From Octopus sinensis (taxonomy: Eukaryota), in assembly GCF_006345805.1 (NCBI RefSeq), contig NC_043003.1, positions 33,666,001 through 33,730,000 of the forward strand: 64,000 nucleotides of DNA, in the 5' to 3' direction. The notes below the pieces were generated by a model that saw nothing but the letters and a program-made list of their open reading frames with translations, did no database searches and was not told where the DNA came from. The position numbers were made by a program, and so were the translations under genes. Shown here one piece after another: positions 14,841-27,980 of the stretch (positions within the stretch are counted from its first letter, which is position 1; the number at the start of each line of letters is the position of its first letter).

Positions 14841-15110
14841 TTTATAAAAATATGGTAAAGTAAAAAAATTACTTAACCACACACCGAGCTTTTTAGAAAT
14901 AGCAGCCAAAAATTTCTCAACTGCAAGAAAAAGTCTCCCAGACAATGCATACTCAGAATAATTCACATACGTATAAGAGAAAAACAACGAAAAATCACAT
15001 GGATTCTCCGATATATGTTATAAAAATATGGATTCTCCGATATAATTTATAAAAATATGGTAAAGTAAAAAAATTACTTTACCACACACAAAGCTTTTTA
15101 GAAATAGCAG
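14838..15110 (+). mobile_element. Penelope-like pLTR fragment with ~70-bp direct repeat and decayed hammerhead-like motif
   Basis: taatttataaaaatatggtaaagtaaaaaaattact..gctttttagaaatagcag occurs at about 14838 and 15043; internal cagacaa...catacgta-taagaga resembles a degenerate CTGAnGA...GAAACGTA; abuts (TA)n. Confidence 0.4.
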
Positions 15111-15355
15111 ACGTCACAAAACTGCTTTCAACGTCACACTAACAGATCGCAGTAACGTTTTAGATATGAAAACAAGCAATCTCATTGGTTAAAATTCGCA
15201 GTTTTAATCTACGATTAAAGTCATAAAATAGATTTTTCTCAAATAAACTAGTTCCAACAGGCGAATAAACTAGTTCCACTCTATGAGTACACAAAGTTTC
15301 AAATTATTTAGTTAACTAGAAAGATCTGGGGTCCTGGCCACAAATTTGAAAAGAT

Positions 15356-15541
<186 letters not shown>

Positions 15542-15544
15542 TAA

Positions 15545-15655
15545 CGTATGGTGAAATTTACTATGGTGGAATATACCGTAGTGGAATTTACCTACGGTGA
15601 AATTTACCTGATGGAATTTTCCGTTGTGCCATTTATCGCGGTAGAATTTACTGGT
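15545..15655. repeat. 15-bp unit minisatellite (tggtggaatttaccg-like)
   Basis: About 7 degenerate units; reverse complement of the 13250 array. Confidence 0.75.
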
Positions 15656-15700
15656 CACTTAATAAGATGAAATGTTAGAATATTAAATGTCCATTCTGAT

Positions 15701-15746
15701 CGAACTAGTACTTTCATGCATTAACTATGCAATCTTCAGATTCATG
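15701..15746 (-). ncRNA. Minimal type I hammerhead ribozyme motif (probably Penelope pLTR-derived)
   Basis: Minus strand: catgaat-CTGAAGA-T-TGCAT-agtta-ATGCA-T-GAAA-GTAC-T-A-gttcg. Core intact, palindromic AGTACT stem III, 5-bp stem I with two G-U pairs. Only the 10.1-11.1 pair is a U-U mismatch. Confidence 0.6.
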
Positions 15747-16334
15747 TAATAGTGGTGACAGTTATGTTTTACAATTTACAACTGGGTCGAAACTGTGTGC
15801 CTTAAGTACATTCGTATAGGCTTCAGAATGTTAGTTTTTGCATCTGTATTCTGACCAATCAGAATGTGATTTTACTAAATTACTTAAATTGATTGGTGTT
15901 TGGTTTAGACGTCACGATTTGTTGAACATATCAAGAGACCTATATTTTGACCCTGGCCAAAGCAGCAATTGTTAGGCTAGTTTTAGAAATGTAAACAACA
16001 TTTCCAGGGAGTTTTACATTTCCATTATCATCATCATCATTATCATCTCCTTTATTATCCTTGTCATTTTTGTTGTTGTTGTTCGTGGTGCTGGTGGTGC
16101 TGGTGGTGGTGATGATGGTGGTGGTGGTGACGGTGTTGATAGTGGTGGTGGTCGTAGGGGTAGCTGTTTTAATAGAACTTTAAACCTCCAAATAAGATAA
16201 TCTTTACTGACTTTTCTTGTGACGTAGCTAGGATTTTCCTGCTATCATCATAATGAACACCTTTAGTATTGTTGTTGCTGTTAGTAGTAGTGGTCGTAGC
16301 AGTAGAAATAGTGCCTCTAAGTATTAGTATTATT

Positions 16335-17990
16335 GTTTATTTAGCTTGGGATGAATTTATTAATAAAGTTCTTTTCTCTGATTTTTTTTTCAATTTTATT
16401 TGGACTGTGTAATTTGTAGAATGGAAATATTATAAATATTTTTCCACTGCAAGCTGCTAGATCGTTACTCACATGTATTTGACGGATATCTGGGTTTATA
16501 ATTTGCTGTCGGTGCGCACGTGAACATTCTGATTGTGCATTTCCAGTCTGAGCTGCATATAGTTCTTCACAGTTTGGGCATTTGATGCAGTAAATTAAAT
16601 TTCTGCTTTTGCAGTTCATATTTGCATTTGTGAATATCTTTCCGGTTTTCGTGTTCATATATTGGCCGGTGTGTATTAATTGGCATGTGCCACACGGTTA
16701 TCATTGCATTTAGATACAGAGAATGATTGGTCTTTTCTGCTAAGGTCAAACTCTGTTAATAATTCTTTCGTGTTTTGGGGCTTTTACTATGTGTCTTTTC
16801 GTGTCTTTTACTATGAACCATAACTCGATCTGTGATTATATCTTTTAATTCGTTACTCTGAGCAATGATTGGTAGGTTTATTTTGGCAATGTTGAAGATA
16901 TTCTGGTGACATTGGTTGTGTGCCACTATAAATGGTATGACTTGTTCTTGTTTTCCTCTTGGGTTGTTCTGATTTGTTGTATGGGTATTTTTATAGCCTG
17001 CTGTTAGCCATTTTCCATAAGAAGAGCAAAAATTTTGTTTGAGCAAAAATTCTCTTAGTTCTGTTAGGCGTTTGTTCCTGATATTTTCCTCTTGTACAAT
17101 GGTACAAATTCTTCTGGCTAGGCAGTACAGGATGTTACGTTTTGTATGTGGCGCATAGCAAGATTTAAAATTCAGGCATTGATGTGTGTTTGTGGTATAT
17201 ATCTGTGGTAATGGTGGTATCCTTTTTAATTACCGTTATATCTAGGAATGGTAATTTGGAACTACTCATCTGCTTTGTAAATTGGGGAGAAGGGTGTAGC
17301 TTGTTCAGGAGGATATTGATCTCTTCCAGAATAATTAAAGATTCTGTCCAGATTATGAAACAATCCTCAAGGTATCTCTTCCGTGCCTTTTCATTATAAT
17401 TTCTAAATCCGGTGCTATAATTTTCCTCTACTTCTTGGTAGAGTTGTTATTCTAGATATCCCATTACAGAGTTCACATAAACGAGAGCAAACCTCGTTCT
17501 TTCACCGTGCCTATAATTTTGATGTTATTCTTTCTATTGAAGTGTTGGTTCCCAGAATAAGTCTGACTGTGTCTAATATAAATGGTACTATGAATCTGAT
17601 GGAAATCACTTCTCTATGTTTTTTCTACGCAGTACCTAATTGCCTTTATTCCTAGATCATGCGGAGTACTGGTATAGAGGCTTACCACATCAAAACTAAG
17701 TACAAGTGAATTTGTTTCAGTTGTTTTGGAACGATGGGACAGGAAGTCGATAACATCCCGGATGAAACTGGGTGTGTAGGTACATAGTGGTTTTAAAACA
17801 ATGTCAATAAAACTTCTTAGACGGTGGGTAAGGTATGTTGGACCAGCTATCATAAGTGTAAGTTTTAAGTCTTTTGGATGCAGGAATTTTATGTACTTAC
17901 TTTTTCGTTCTTTTACTACATGCTGAATATCTTTTGATTTATGTATTTTTGGTATGCCGGAGAAGTTCCTGGGTTTTGGCTCGATGTTGA
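16335..17990 (-). mobile_element. Penelope-like retroelement, degenerate RT + GIY-YIG endonuclease
   Basis: KPRNFSGIPKIHKSK, IAGPTYLTHRLRSFIDIVLKPL..SFIRD..SFDVVSLYT (RT) and CKSRNLIYCIKCPNCEELYAAQTG..HRQQI..FPFYKL..EKNFINKFIP (GIY-YIG); multiple stops and frameshifts. Confidence 0.9.
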
Positions 17991-18110
17991 TTGATGTACA
18001 TCAGCATTTTAACTTCAAAGTGTATACTTTCCATGCAGAGGTTTCTGGCCCCACCTCTCCTAAAGTTGCTTCTGCTCGTTCTTTTTTACAGTCTGCTAGA
18101 TCCTTTTTAC
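17990..18110 (-). mobile_element. Short R4/Dong-like non-LTR fragment abutting the Penelope 5' break
   Basis: Minus-strand ERWGQKPLHGKYTL*S*NADVHQ resembles the W..K.LHG.Y motif upstream of the R4/Dong zinc knuckle. Confidence 0.5.
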
Positions 18111-18194
18111 TTTATTTATTATTATTGTTGTTGTTGCTACTGCTGCTGCTGTTGTTGTTGTTGTTGTCGTCGTCGTCATCACCGCCGTTGCTGT

Positions 18195-18720
18195 TGTCCG
18201 TATTTAGGAAAAAGGACAGTTCGAATAAAGATAGCAAGAATTCCACCGGAGGTGTATTTTTGGTGGACTTTAACGTGTATCGCTTTAAAAGGGAAAAAGG
18301 CCTCCTGGAAGCAGACCTGTGGTGAAAATTGATCCTGAATCAAACACTATCCACAAGATCCCAGCTCCCATTTACCTACAAGGAGCGGAAGTGCTACATA
18401 TTAGAGTAGCGGTAGAAAACTACGTTGATACCTGTGTAGGAAGACAGCACACTTTCTACCCCCAACATAAGACCAGTAACTATAGAACTGCCCTATTGTC
18501 AACACCAGATCTCTAAAACCCTCATCAAACGATCAACAACAAAGGAGATACCAAACCAGACAATATTGGCATCAATGAAAACAGGAACAGCAAAATTAGC
18601 AAATGGTCCAACAACACCAACAACTGCAACACCAACCCCAACAACATCTTTAACAGTGGAAAGATTAATGATAAATATTAATATTATTAATAATGATAAA
18701 TCACACAACAACCTTGGGTT
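18195..18720 (+). mobile_element. L1/Tx1-type ORF1-like remnant with Thr/Pro-rich tail
   Basis: PYLGKRTVRIKIARIPPEV and IHKIPAPIYLQGAEVLHIRVAVE; homologous to minus-strand 40770-41165; collinear with the APE fragment downstream. Confidence 0.45.
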
Positions 18721-18934
18721 CTGTAAACGGCTGTCTCACACATTCTCCCTCTCACCGGCACATTGAAACTAATATTCATACACAGATCCCACAAAGGTGG
18801 ATGCATTTGCATCACATTGTGAGAGGGAACCCCCAAATCCAAACACAAAAAAAACAAAAACAAATAAAACGTTCTAAAACATCACACGACACACCAATAC
18901 ACACACACGCGGACGCACGGTGCACGCACGCACA

Positions 18935-18969
<35 letters not shown>

Positions 18970-19269
18970 TAGAATAGCGTGCAAAATATGCAGTCACTCG
19001 GACAGCATCACAAACAGTACCACCAAACCCTCTTCAATTGTCTACTGTTGTCACAACCAACTCCATAATTATAACAACTCACGAAAAGAAAACACTCCCA
19101 ACAGCAAGAACAATCATAGAAACATAAAACTTTATGCTAATGAGGAGGGCCAACAATGAACTGATTGCCCTTATAGCACGAAGAAAGGACATCTAGAGAG
19201 AGAGAGAGTGTGTGTGTGAGAGAGAGAGAGTGTGTGTGTGAGAGAGAGAGAGTGAGACAGAGAGAGAGA

Positions 19270-19910
19270 GTGAGAGAAAGAGAGAGAGAATGATCTTCGG
19301 CATCAGCACGGTTTAAGAGCCAGAAATACTGATTCTCGGAAACATAAAACCATTAGGGAGAGCTTCTCTCACGATGTGGGAACACTAATGTAAAAAACAC
19401 GAGTAGGCATTTAAAGGGGCTCCCAATAGAACCCCATCAAATTAAAGAGGTCGAACCACCTAAACTCTATTGGCTCCTGGTGAACAAGTCGACGCCCTTT
19501 ATTTCTTCTCCCAATTTAGAAGATTTTGTCATCTACGCGTTTGTTAGTGTGCTTGAATTGGGGATCAAGTGGCAGAGCTGTCTAGGAACATCCTGGATCT
19601 CGAGGTTCGGAAGACCTTCCTGGATCCGTAAGGTATATTTGGTACTTCTGGATGTGAGCAATACTGAAGGTGATGCATTTAGACTAGTCACTGTGTACGC
19701 TCCGACTTGTGTGGGGAAGTCAGTTTTCTGCAAATGTTTCGAAGTTTTCCTTGGGAGGTCTCGCACTTTAGTTCGAGTGGGTGACTGAAACATCATCTTG
19801 GAAGCACGCCAGGATAGGGTGAGGCTAGTCGACAGGAGAGAAGATGGAAAAGCCTCACAAAATTGCTCAGGCCCTTCCAATTGGCTGACAGGTAACGACT
19901 GGAGTTCCTA
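19270..19910 (+). mobile_element. L1/Tx1-type LINE ORF2 apurinic-endonuclease fragment
   Basis: LVLLDVSNTEGDAFRLVTVYAPTCVGKSVFCKCFEVFLGRSRTLVRVGD*NIILE matches the APE VYAP and GDWN motifs. Confidence 0.8.
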
Positions 19911-19946
19911 AATGTTTTGTTTTCGCCCCATGAGGCCAATATAGTG

Positions 19947-20029
<83 letters not shown>

Positions 20030-20110
20030 GTTGTTGTTGTTGTTGTTGTTGTTGCTGCTGTTGTTGTTCTTGTTGTTGCTGTTTTTGGTGTTGTTATTAT
20101 TATCATCATC
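19947..20110. repeat. (ATT)n/(GTT)n microsatellite
   Basis: Direct reading. Confidence 0.95.
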
Positions 20111-20112
20111 AT

Positions 20113-20480
20113 TTGGCCCCACAACATCCCAGCTATAATTTGGAAGGATGATAGATTTCAACCACTTTTGCACAATCTTTGCAATCACACACTTTTCACT
20201 TTTGTAGCTCCAAAGATTTGGCACCAATCTCCAATCATCACAATAACACAAAAAGGCAATGTATCCCTCGTCACCAACTACAGGGGTATATCTCTAATGT
20301 CAATTGCTGCAAAATTGTACAACTAACTGATTCTAGACCGTCTCGTCCTTTTTGTTGGACCTTTGTTCCGAAAGAACCAAAATGAATTCAGACATGGGCG
20401 CTGAACGCTGAGCCAAATACTATGCCTACGCAGACTTATTGAAGAATCAAAAGCATTTAATCGCCATCTTGCAATTGTGT
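20113..20480 (+). mobile_element. RTE-clade LINE reverse-transcriptase fragment
   Basis: NIPAIIWKD..TQKGNVSLVTNYRGISLMSIAAKLYN*LILDRL..RKNQNEFRHGR*TLSQILCLRRLIEE. Confidence 0.85.
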
Positions 20481-20684
20481 TTCTCTCTTTACTGCCTTCC
20501 ATTTCTTCCTCTGTCCATCTCTGTCAACTACCTACCGTCTATCTTTATTCCCTTATTTCTCTGCACTCTCTCTTCCTTCCTACTTGCTCTTCTCTAACCT
20601 TCTCTACTCTCTTTCTTCACATTTTTGGTACCAAAAACAATCCAATTTTTTATCGCTCATTGTTTTTTCTACTTAACCAGGGCA

Positions 20685-20880
20685 TAGGTGAGACATCATC
20701 GTTTAATGTACATTTTCCATACTGGAATAGGTTGAACGGTTCGACTGGGGCCTGGGAAGCCAGGAGGCTGCACCAAGCTTCAGTCTGATTTCGTTGTGTT
20801 TCTACAGCTGGATGCCCTTCTTAACGCCAACCACTCTGAAAGTGTAGTGGGTGCTGTTTTTACGTGCCACTGACACAGGG
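20685..20880 (-). mobile_element. Short RTE-related interspersed element
   Basis: Minus-strand ggttggcgttaagaagggcatccagctgtagaaac and tail ccagtatggaaaatgtacattaaacgatgatg, motifs I recall from RTE-associated repeats. Confidence 0.5.
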
Positions 20881-21199
20881 CCAATTTCCTGCCTAGTACT
20901 CATTTCAGATTCCCAGTTTATCTTTTCACTTTTCATTCTTTTCTTTCCTTCTAACTTCCTTCCCTCTACCCCCATCTCTCTATCCTTCTCATTGTACCTT
21001 TGGAACACAAGCACAACTATTTTCCTCTTTTGTTTTTGGTAGTTTTTGTCATGTAGTGTCCCACAGTTTGAAATACTTGCAATTTGTATTTTTACTGCTT
21101 ATTTTAGCTCTGCTTCTTACATTTCCAAAATTAAACATTTTAATATGCAAAATATACTTCATATTATTATATATACTATGCAGTAATGCAAAAAATATT

Positions 21200-21688
21200 G
21201 TGTTTATTGGCTATCTTCAAAATGATCACACTATCAATGGAAAATTTCAATACCAACTTCCTAAGGCAGTTATGAAAGTTTATCAAGGCCAAACACCCAG
21301 AAAAACTGATGAATGGTGTCTTGTTTCATTAGGACAATGCTTCAGCACACAAGTCCTTGGTTTCAATGGCTGCTGTATGTGACTGGCTTTGAACTGGTTG
21401 ATCATCCTCCCTATGTTAGTGATTTGGTTCCTTCTGGTTATCCTCTGTTTTCCAACATAGAAAAACATTCACCTGAGCACCAGTATCACTATGATGATAA
21501 CATCTTATCTGTTGTTGATGACAATTTTGATCGACAGAAAAGCTTCTTCACCAGTGCGACCCAAGCACTGCAACTACTTATGGAAGTGTGTGGACAGTAA
21601 GAGGAACTATGTTAGAAAATGAACTTAATTTGGTCAAATTTCATTGAGTGTCTTGCTCAGATTATGAACATTTCAGCCGACCCTCATA
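21200..21688 (+). mobile_element. Mariner transposase C-terminal remnant with right TIR
   Basis: GVLFH*DNASAHKSL..FELVDHPPYVSDLVPSGY.LF (YSPDLAPSDY-like)..CVDSKRNYVRK; ends gaacatttcagccgaccctcata. Confidence 0.85.
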
Positions 21689-21759
21689 ATAATTAAAAAT
21701 TATTATTATACCTGCATTTGTTTTAATGTTAACATTGGAAAAATCCACATTTTTCATTT

Positions 21760-22085
21760 AAAAATTAGGACCTGGGTTTGCACCCCCTAAGCAAATTTTG
21801 CTGCTGGGCCACTGGCTATAATTCCCCTGTAGTCTTATCTTTATTGTGTTGTAGATTGCCTTTTGTTCATCTGACATGTGGCCATTAGTTTTATCGTCTT
21901 CTTTTAGATAATCTAGATGTCTCTCATCAAGTAGACTGCCACTGTTCCTTTCCTGTGCTATGAGATTACTTTCATTAGTACGAACTGTATTTTCATCGTT
22001 ATCTTTGCTGCTATTTTTCAAGACCCGTCTTTTGATGGCTTCGAGCTCTGCTTCTGTGAACGAACGATTTTTTGTTATTTCAACA
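21760..22085 (-). mobile_element. R4/Dong-like non-LTR N-terminal fragment
   Basis: In-frame upstream extension of track ORF 21758-22021 reads ITKNRSFTEAELEAIKRRVLKN, resembling the I.kN..l...ELE.I motif of R4/Dong N-termini (from memory of the family). Confidence 0.5.
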
Positions 22086-22129
22086 TTTCAGGCCTTGTGC
22101 CTTTAGCGGAACGGATTCTTATAATTGGT

Positions 22130-22360
22130 AAGGCGGCGGGCTGACAGAATCATTTGCACGCCGGATAAAATTCTCCGCAGTATTTCATCTGAGGTTACGT
22201 TCTGAGTTCAAATTCTGCAGAGGTCGACTTTGCCTTTTACCCTTTCGCGATCGATGAAATAAGCACCAGTTCTGTACTCGAGTCGATCTAATCGACTCTT
22301 CCCCTTTCCCAAATTTCAAACTTTGTCCTGATAGTAGAAAGGATTATTATTAGTAGTAGT
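22130..22360 (+). mobile_element. tRNA-derived SINE family A (monomer with tagtagaaaggattatt tail)
   Basis: aaggcggcgggctgacag head, gttctgagttcaaattc B box, gaggtcgactttgcc core. Confidence 0.8.
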
Positions 22361-22479
22361 ATTGTTTTTATCGTTGTTGTTGTATTCGCTATTCCTGCTG
22401 TTGTTGGTGCTCTTATATTTATAATTTCTGGTACTATATCCCGGTAAGCATGAATCCTATCAGTCCACGAAATGTTTTA

Positions 22480-23060
22480 CTTTGCCTTTTTCTCGCTATT
22501 TTTTTTTTGTAGCTCTACAGAAGGGGAACTTCAATTCCAGACAAATGCATTTTAACATATTTTTCCTTTTACACGCCATAGTATACTGCGTATCTTCTCA
22601 AATTTGCTCTTCTTTAATTATCTTGCTTGTATTTCACCTTAAGGCGTTCTTCAATCTTCACATTGTATCCATTCCTACTCTCACGCAGTTCACTATTTTG
22701 CTATATTATAATTTCCTGCTGTTTTTCGAGGTTGGATACCTATTGGTTCTGACCATATTAATAATCTACATTTGTTTTGGTGATTATTATCTAAAATTAA
22801 TTGTGGCTTTCTGACAGTCACGAGTTTTTGTACGTGATATACAGCATTCCAATACTGTTTATATCCCTAGGTTCCAGTTTGCGCTTTATATTTCCTCCTG
22901 TTGTATATCGCATTAAATGCTTTTCAGACACTGTTTGCTGTGTCCATATTGCTAACTAGTACGGCCATCAATTCAAGCTTACGTTGTTTTAACAGTATAT
23001 TTCACATCGACAATTTTACATCTAGACTGAAGTTAATTAGCGTTTTTTTTTTTCGTTTTC
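22480..23060 (-). mobile_element. Highly decayed RLE-type non-LTR 3' remnant
   Basis: KAFNAIYN..QYWNAV..RKPQLILDN..KCRLL..EPI weakly parallels the 3380-3803 remnant. Confidence 0.4.
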
Positions 23061-23094
23061 TTACACAACCTGCATTTTTTTTCTATTTCATTTA

Positions 23095-23965
<871 letters not shown>

Positions 23966-24389
23966 TAACTGAAGATAGAAATGGATAAAAGGTGTATATG
24001 CATATTTCAGGAGTTATTGACCATTCTTCAGTACTGCGTCCAATTCATTAACCATCCACGAACACATTGCTTAAATAGCCACTAACCTTAGCGGTGTAAC
24101 ACAATTCGATATACCAATTTTACATATTAAACACATTCCTGGCAACTTGTACGTACATAATAATATTAATATTAACAATAACAACCTCCACAACAACAAT
24201 AACAATAGTAATAATAAAAGCAACAACAACAACAATAATAATAATAATGATAATAAAAGCATATTCATTTCTTTCTCTGTCTCTGTCTCTCGTTCATTTT
24301 ACGCCCCCCTCTCTCTGTTCCTCAGTCCTTTTACGCTTCCCTCCCACTCTCTCTCTCTCTCACTCTTCCCCTATCGCGATCCTCAATAC

Positions 24390-26035
24390 TCGTTAAGATT
24401 ACTTGTTGACATTGTAGAGATCCTCAGCCGAAACGAAACAGTAAGCTAGTTTTCGTTAGACGCAGATTACGCCTCAGAAATCGAGGTGGTCGGTATGGTC
24501 GGTAGATCATTGAAGGAATATGAAAAGTTGATGGTGGGCGAAAGTGGGTGGGATTGTTACTCGGCACCTGGAGTAGCAAGTCCATACCGTTCAACAGCGT
24601 CGTTGGGCGCTGGACGGACGGGCTGGTAAAATTGTATGGGGTTTGGCTCGGACCAGACCTTCAGGTGGATAACAATTGCGACAAGGTGACGAGTAGGGTA
24701 GCCACTCTCACCCTGTACTGGGCTACGAGGAAGCTGTCACTGAAAGGTCGGGAGGCGGTGACGAATGAGTATATCGCGTCTGTCATCTGCTATTGCTTGA
24801 CAGTTGTGCCTTGCCCCCGTTCGCGCCACGACAACTTGGAGCACCTCCTCTTCAAATTCTTGTGGAGGGGACAGGTTTCATTGGTGAGGCGATCTATCTG
24901 CTGCCAATAACTTCTACGTGTGGGGTTGGGCATGCCGTAGCTAACGATGCGCAGATATGCTCTGAGTCTGCGGCATCTCCAAATATTCTACCTAAACGGT
25001 GAAAGATGTGGTGGCTGTTTGTCACACGGGCCTTTCCCCAGCTCGTCTTCTTGACTGAGCTGAAGTCCTGTGGCAAGAAGAAACCGAAGAAGGGTGACTG
25101 GCATCTGGAATGTTGCAGGCACTGCCCTCTACCTGTCGGGCAATACGATCAATGGAACATCCACTCGTGAATTCTATAGAGGGTTAATGAAGGAAAATAG
25201 CGCTGACGCACTTGGAGAGACGCTTGTCTGTTCATGAGGACTTCCGAGCCGTGAACGATGGATAACTTCCAGAAATCCCTAGCTTGACAGTGCTACCGGG
25301 GAGTACTGACAGTTCAAGATAAACTCTACAGGCACGGACGTGTTGTCAGATGGACCTGCCCGGGATGCGTGCAGATCCACGAAACTGTTCTGAACGCACT
25401 CGCCCAGTGTCCTTACATTACTGACTTGTGGAGTTATGTTGAACAGCTGTTACCACGTGTAGGAAGGATCCGGCTATAGGCCGAGCCAATAGTGGAGATC
25501 GATCCGCCGCCTTCCATTGGTCCGCAAGGGCAGGTAATTTTCCTCAGTCTGATAGCAGTAGTGAAAGAGGTTATATTGTGGACCAGGTTAAAAATACTGT
25601 AGACAGGCACTTTTCTCTTAGGCTAATCCCACATCAACTTTTTCAAATTTCACTTGGAAAGGAAGATGAGGGTGAAGAGTGAAGTGCTCCCCCGCCCCAG
25701 TGAATTTGTCATAAGATGGGTGAAATTCGCGAAAATGGCACGTACGTGTGGGCCTACTCTAATAATGCGCTTGTAGGTTAGTGAATTTGAGAGGGAGAAG
25801 GGTACCCTTCTCGGATGCCCTCGTAGTGTCGAGTGGCCTCAGGATTGGTGAGGTTACTGAGCCAACTCCATGTGGTTATCCCACCTATCTATTGGTGAAC
25901 TTCCATTGTTATATTCATTTTGTTTTATACTGTTGCTATTGTTTTAATCGTGTACTCGTTGTTTTGTGTAAAATCCCCATTATGTCTACTGTATTGTCCT
26001 CTATATGTCGGCCCTGGTGGTCAATAAATGAAATT
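24390..26035 (+). mobile_element. L1/Tx1-type LINE ORF2 3' half with 3' UTR
   Basis: VKLYGVWLGPDLQVDNN..RKLSLKGREAVTNEYIASVICYCLTVVPCP..RRSICCQ; ends aataaa followed by (ATT)n. Confidence 0.85.
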
Positions 26036-26851
26036 ATTATTATTATTATTATTATTATCATCATCATCCTTATTGTTATTAATATCAGTAGTATTAGTAG
26101 TATTAGTAGTAGTAGCAGCAGCAACAGCAGCAGCGGCATCAGTAGTAGTAGTAGTAGTAGTAGTATAGTAGTAGTAGTAGTGTCGTTGTCGTCATCATAA
26201 TCATCATGATTGTGACTTAAATTAAAAGTGACATATATTTTTCTCTATGCTGATAGCGCTTCTGGTTAGATTCTCCCAATTCTTATAAAATATATTTGAG
26301 CCATGAGCTCACTAACAATGGTTACACTTAAATATGATATTGCATTCCATATAGTCACTGAAGGCATAATAAACACATCTCAAGTAAAATTTTTCGTTGG
26401 TTCCCATCTCATTTGAAACTGATAATTTCGTATTAGTTTTTATACGTATGCCTTCATATACCTAAGGAACTGCTTTACAAACAAATTCTTAATATCTATT
26501 TTGCAGAGCCACTTGATACGAGAATTTATCTGGAATGCACATTTTGTAGATTCAGCGCTAACTAGATTCAGTATTTTCGCAAATATTGGATTGGACTTGC
26601 GTGAATAATTTTCTTTTCGTATTGTACAATGAATTTGGTTAAAGTGCTTCAAAAGATATACGAAGTTTAGAACATGGAATGATGTGCGCAGCATTGTTAT
26701 TTCCTGCGAGACGCAGCTGCAGCATCGTTCTGTAATTTGCTGAAGTATATTAATATGACTTGTTCTATCATATATTTATATTAATGTTTCCATTTTGAAT
26801 AAATATAACACGTGCACTGCCGAGTTTTATGCGATAATGTTTTCAGTGCAG

Positions 26852-26883
<32 letters not shown>

Positions 26884-26899
26884 TGTGTGTGTGTGTGTA

Positions 26900-26938
<39 letters not shown>

Positions 26939-27246
26939 GTATGTATATATGTATATATATATGTATATATATATATATATATGTATGTATATATATATAT
27001 AAACATATATATATATATGTATGTGTGTGTATGAATGTATGCGCACACACACATACACAAAGGGTGCAAGAAGGTTCCTGTCTTTGGGTTACAGAAAATA
27101 TAAAAGAATCAGTTAATTACAAACTCAGAAATGTGAGCCTCCAGCCAGGCCTTTCCCGATACCTTAAAGCCATTATTTTTTCAGCACCCCACGCCGTATA
27201 GAAATATAAATAAACATATGTGTGTGTGTGTGTGTGTGTGCTTGTG

Positions 27247-27291
<45 letters not shown>

Positions 27292-27541
27292 TGTGTGTGT
27301 GTGTGTATGTATGAGCTACACAACAAAAGATTCTGTGCTGTAAATTGTTTATGAATATACTATAAGATCGAAAGTCGGTGCTGTTATGTTGTTATTATAT
27401 TTATGTATTTTCTGTACAGAAAGCGTTCATTGAATAATTATATCTGGCAGTCTACTTCACTTATTATATTCAGCTCTCGTTTCACCGTAAATACTATTCT
27501 GCATAACCTCTAGAATAATGATGCGCTGTTACCTTATTAAG

Positions 27542-27693
27542 AAAAGATCTCTGACTTGATACATTACCATGATCGCCTGGAGAAAGTGAACTATGCAAGC
27601 GATGAGCACGTAAATGAAATAGATAAACATGTCCTAAAGGAGTCTCACAAAAATGATTTTCCGAAGTTTAGTATTTCAAGGATACAAAACGAG
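27542..27693 (+). CDS. Candidate 152-nt exon or decayed ORF (KISDLIHYHDRLEKVNYASDEH...SRIQNE)
   Basis: Weak ttattaag acceptor, GAG|gtaaaa donor, 50 open codons; phase 1/0, the same as the 28610 candidate. Confidence 0.2.
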
Positions 27694-27764
27694 GTAAAAT
27701 AATTTAAATTCACCCAATAACCTACATAAATATAAATGCACATAGAAATACATATTATGTCATC

Positions 27765-27980
27765 CCATAAGTTCTGGCCGAATTTACCCTTTTTAAGATT
27801 GAATGAAATTTAATAGTATTTTAGAATGTCTAATAGAATTAAAAATATTTTTTATGCATTTGTGTACATTTAAACTAATTAAATATTATTTTACAGAATG
27901 ATGGATTTAAAATTTCTTTGATTAAATCCCTTCCTAACATGGAAGAATCCAAAGAGCATTTGAGGCACGTAATGCTCAAA
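27765..27980 (+). mobile_element. Mariner 5' end (TIR + transposase start)
   Basis: tattatgtcatcccataagttctggccgaattt TIR-like start and MEESKEHLRHVML, resembling mariner N-termini (ME..KEHFRH.LL). Confidence 0.6.

Noticed and set aside
21758-22021. 87-aa ORF as a host exon
   Set aside because: The upstream in-frame motif points to an R4/Dong-like N-terminus, and there are no convincing splice sites.
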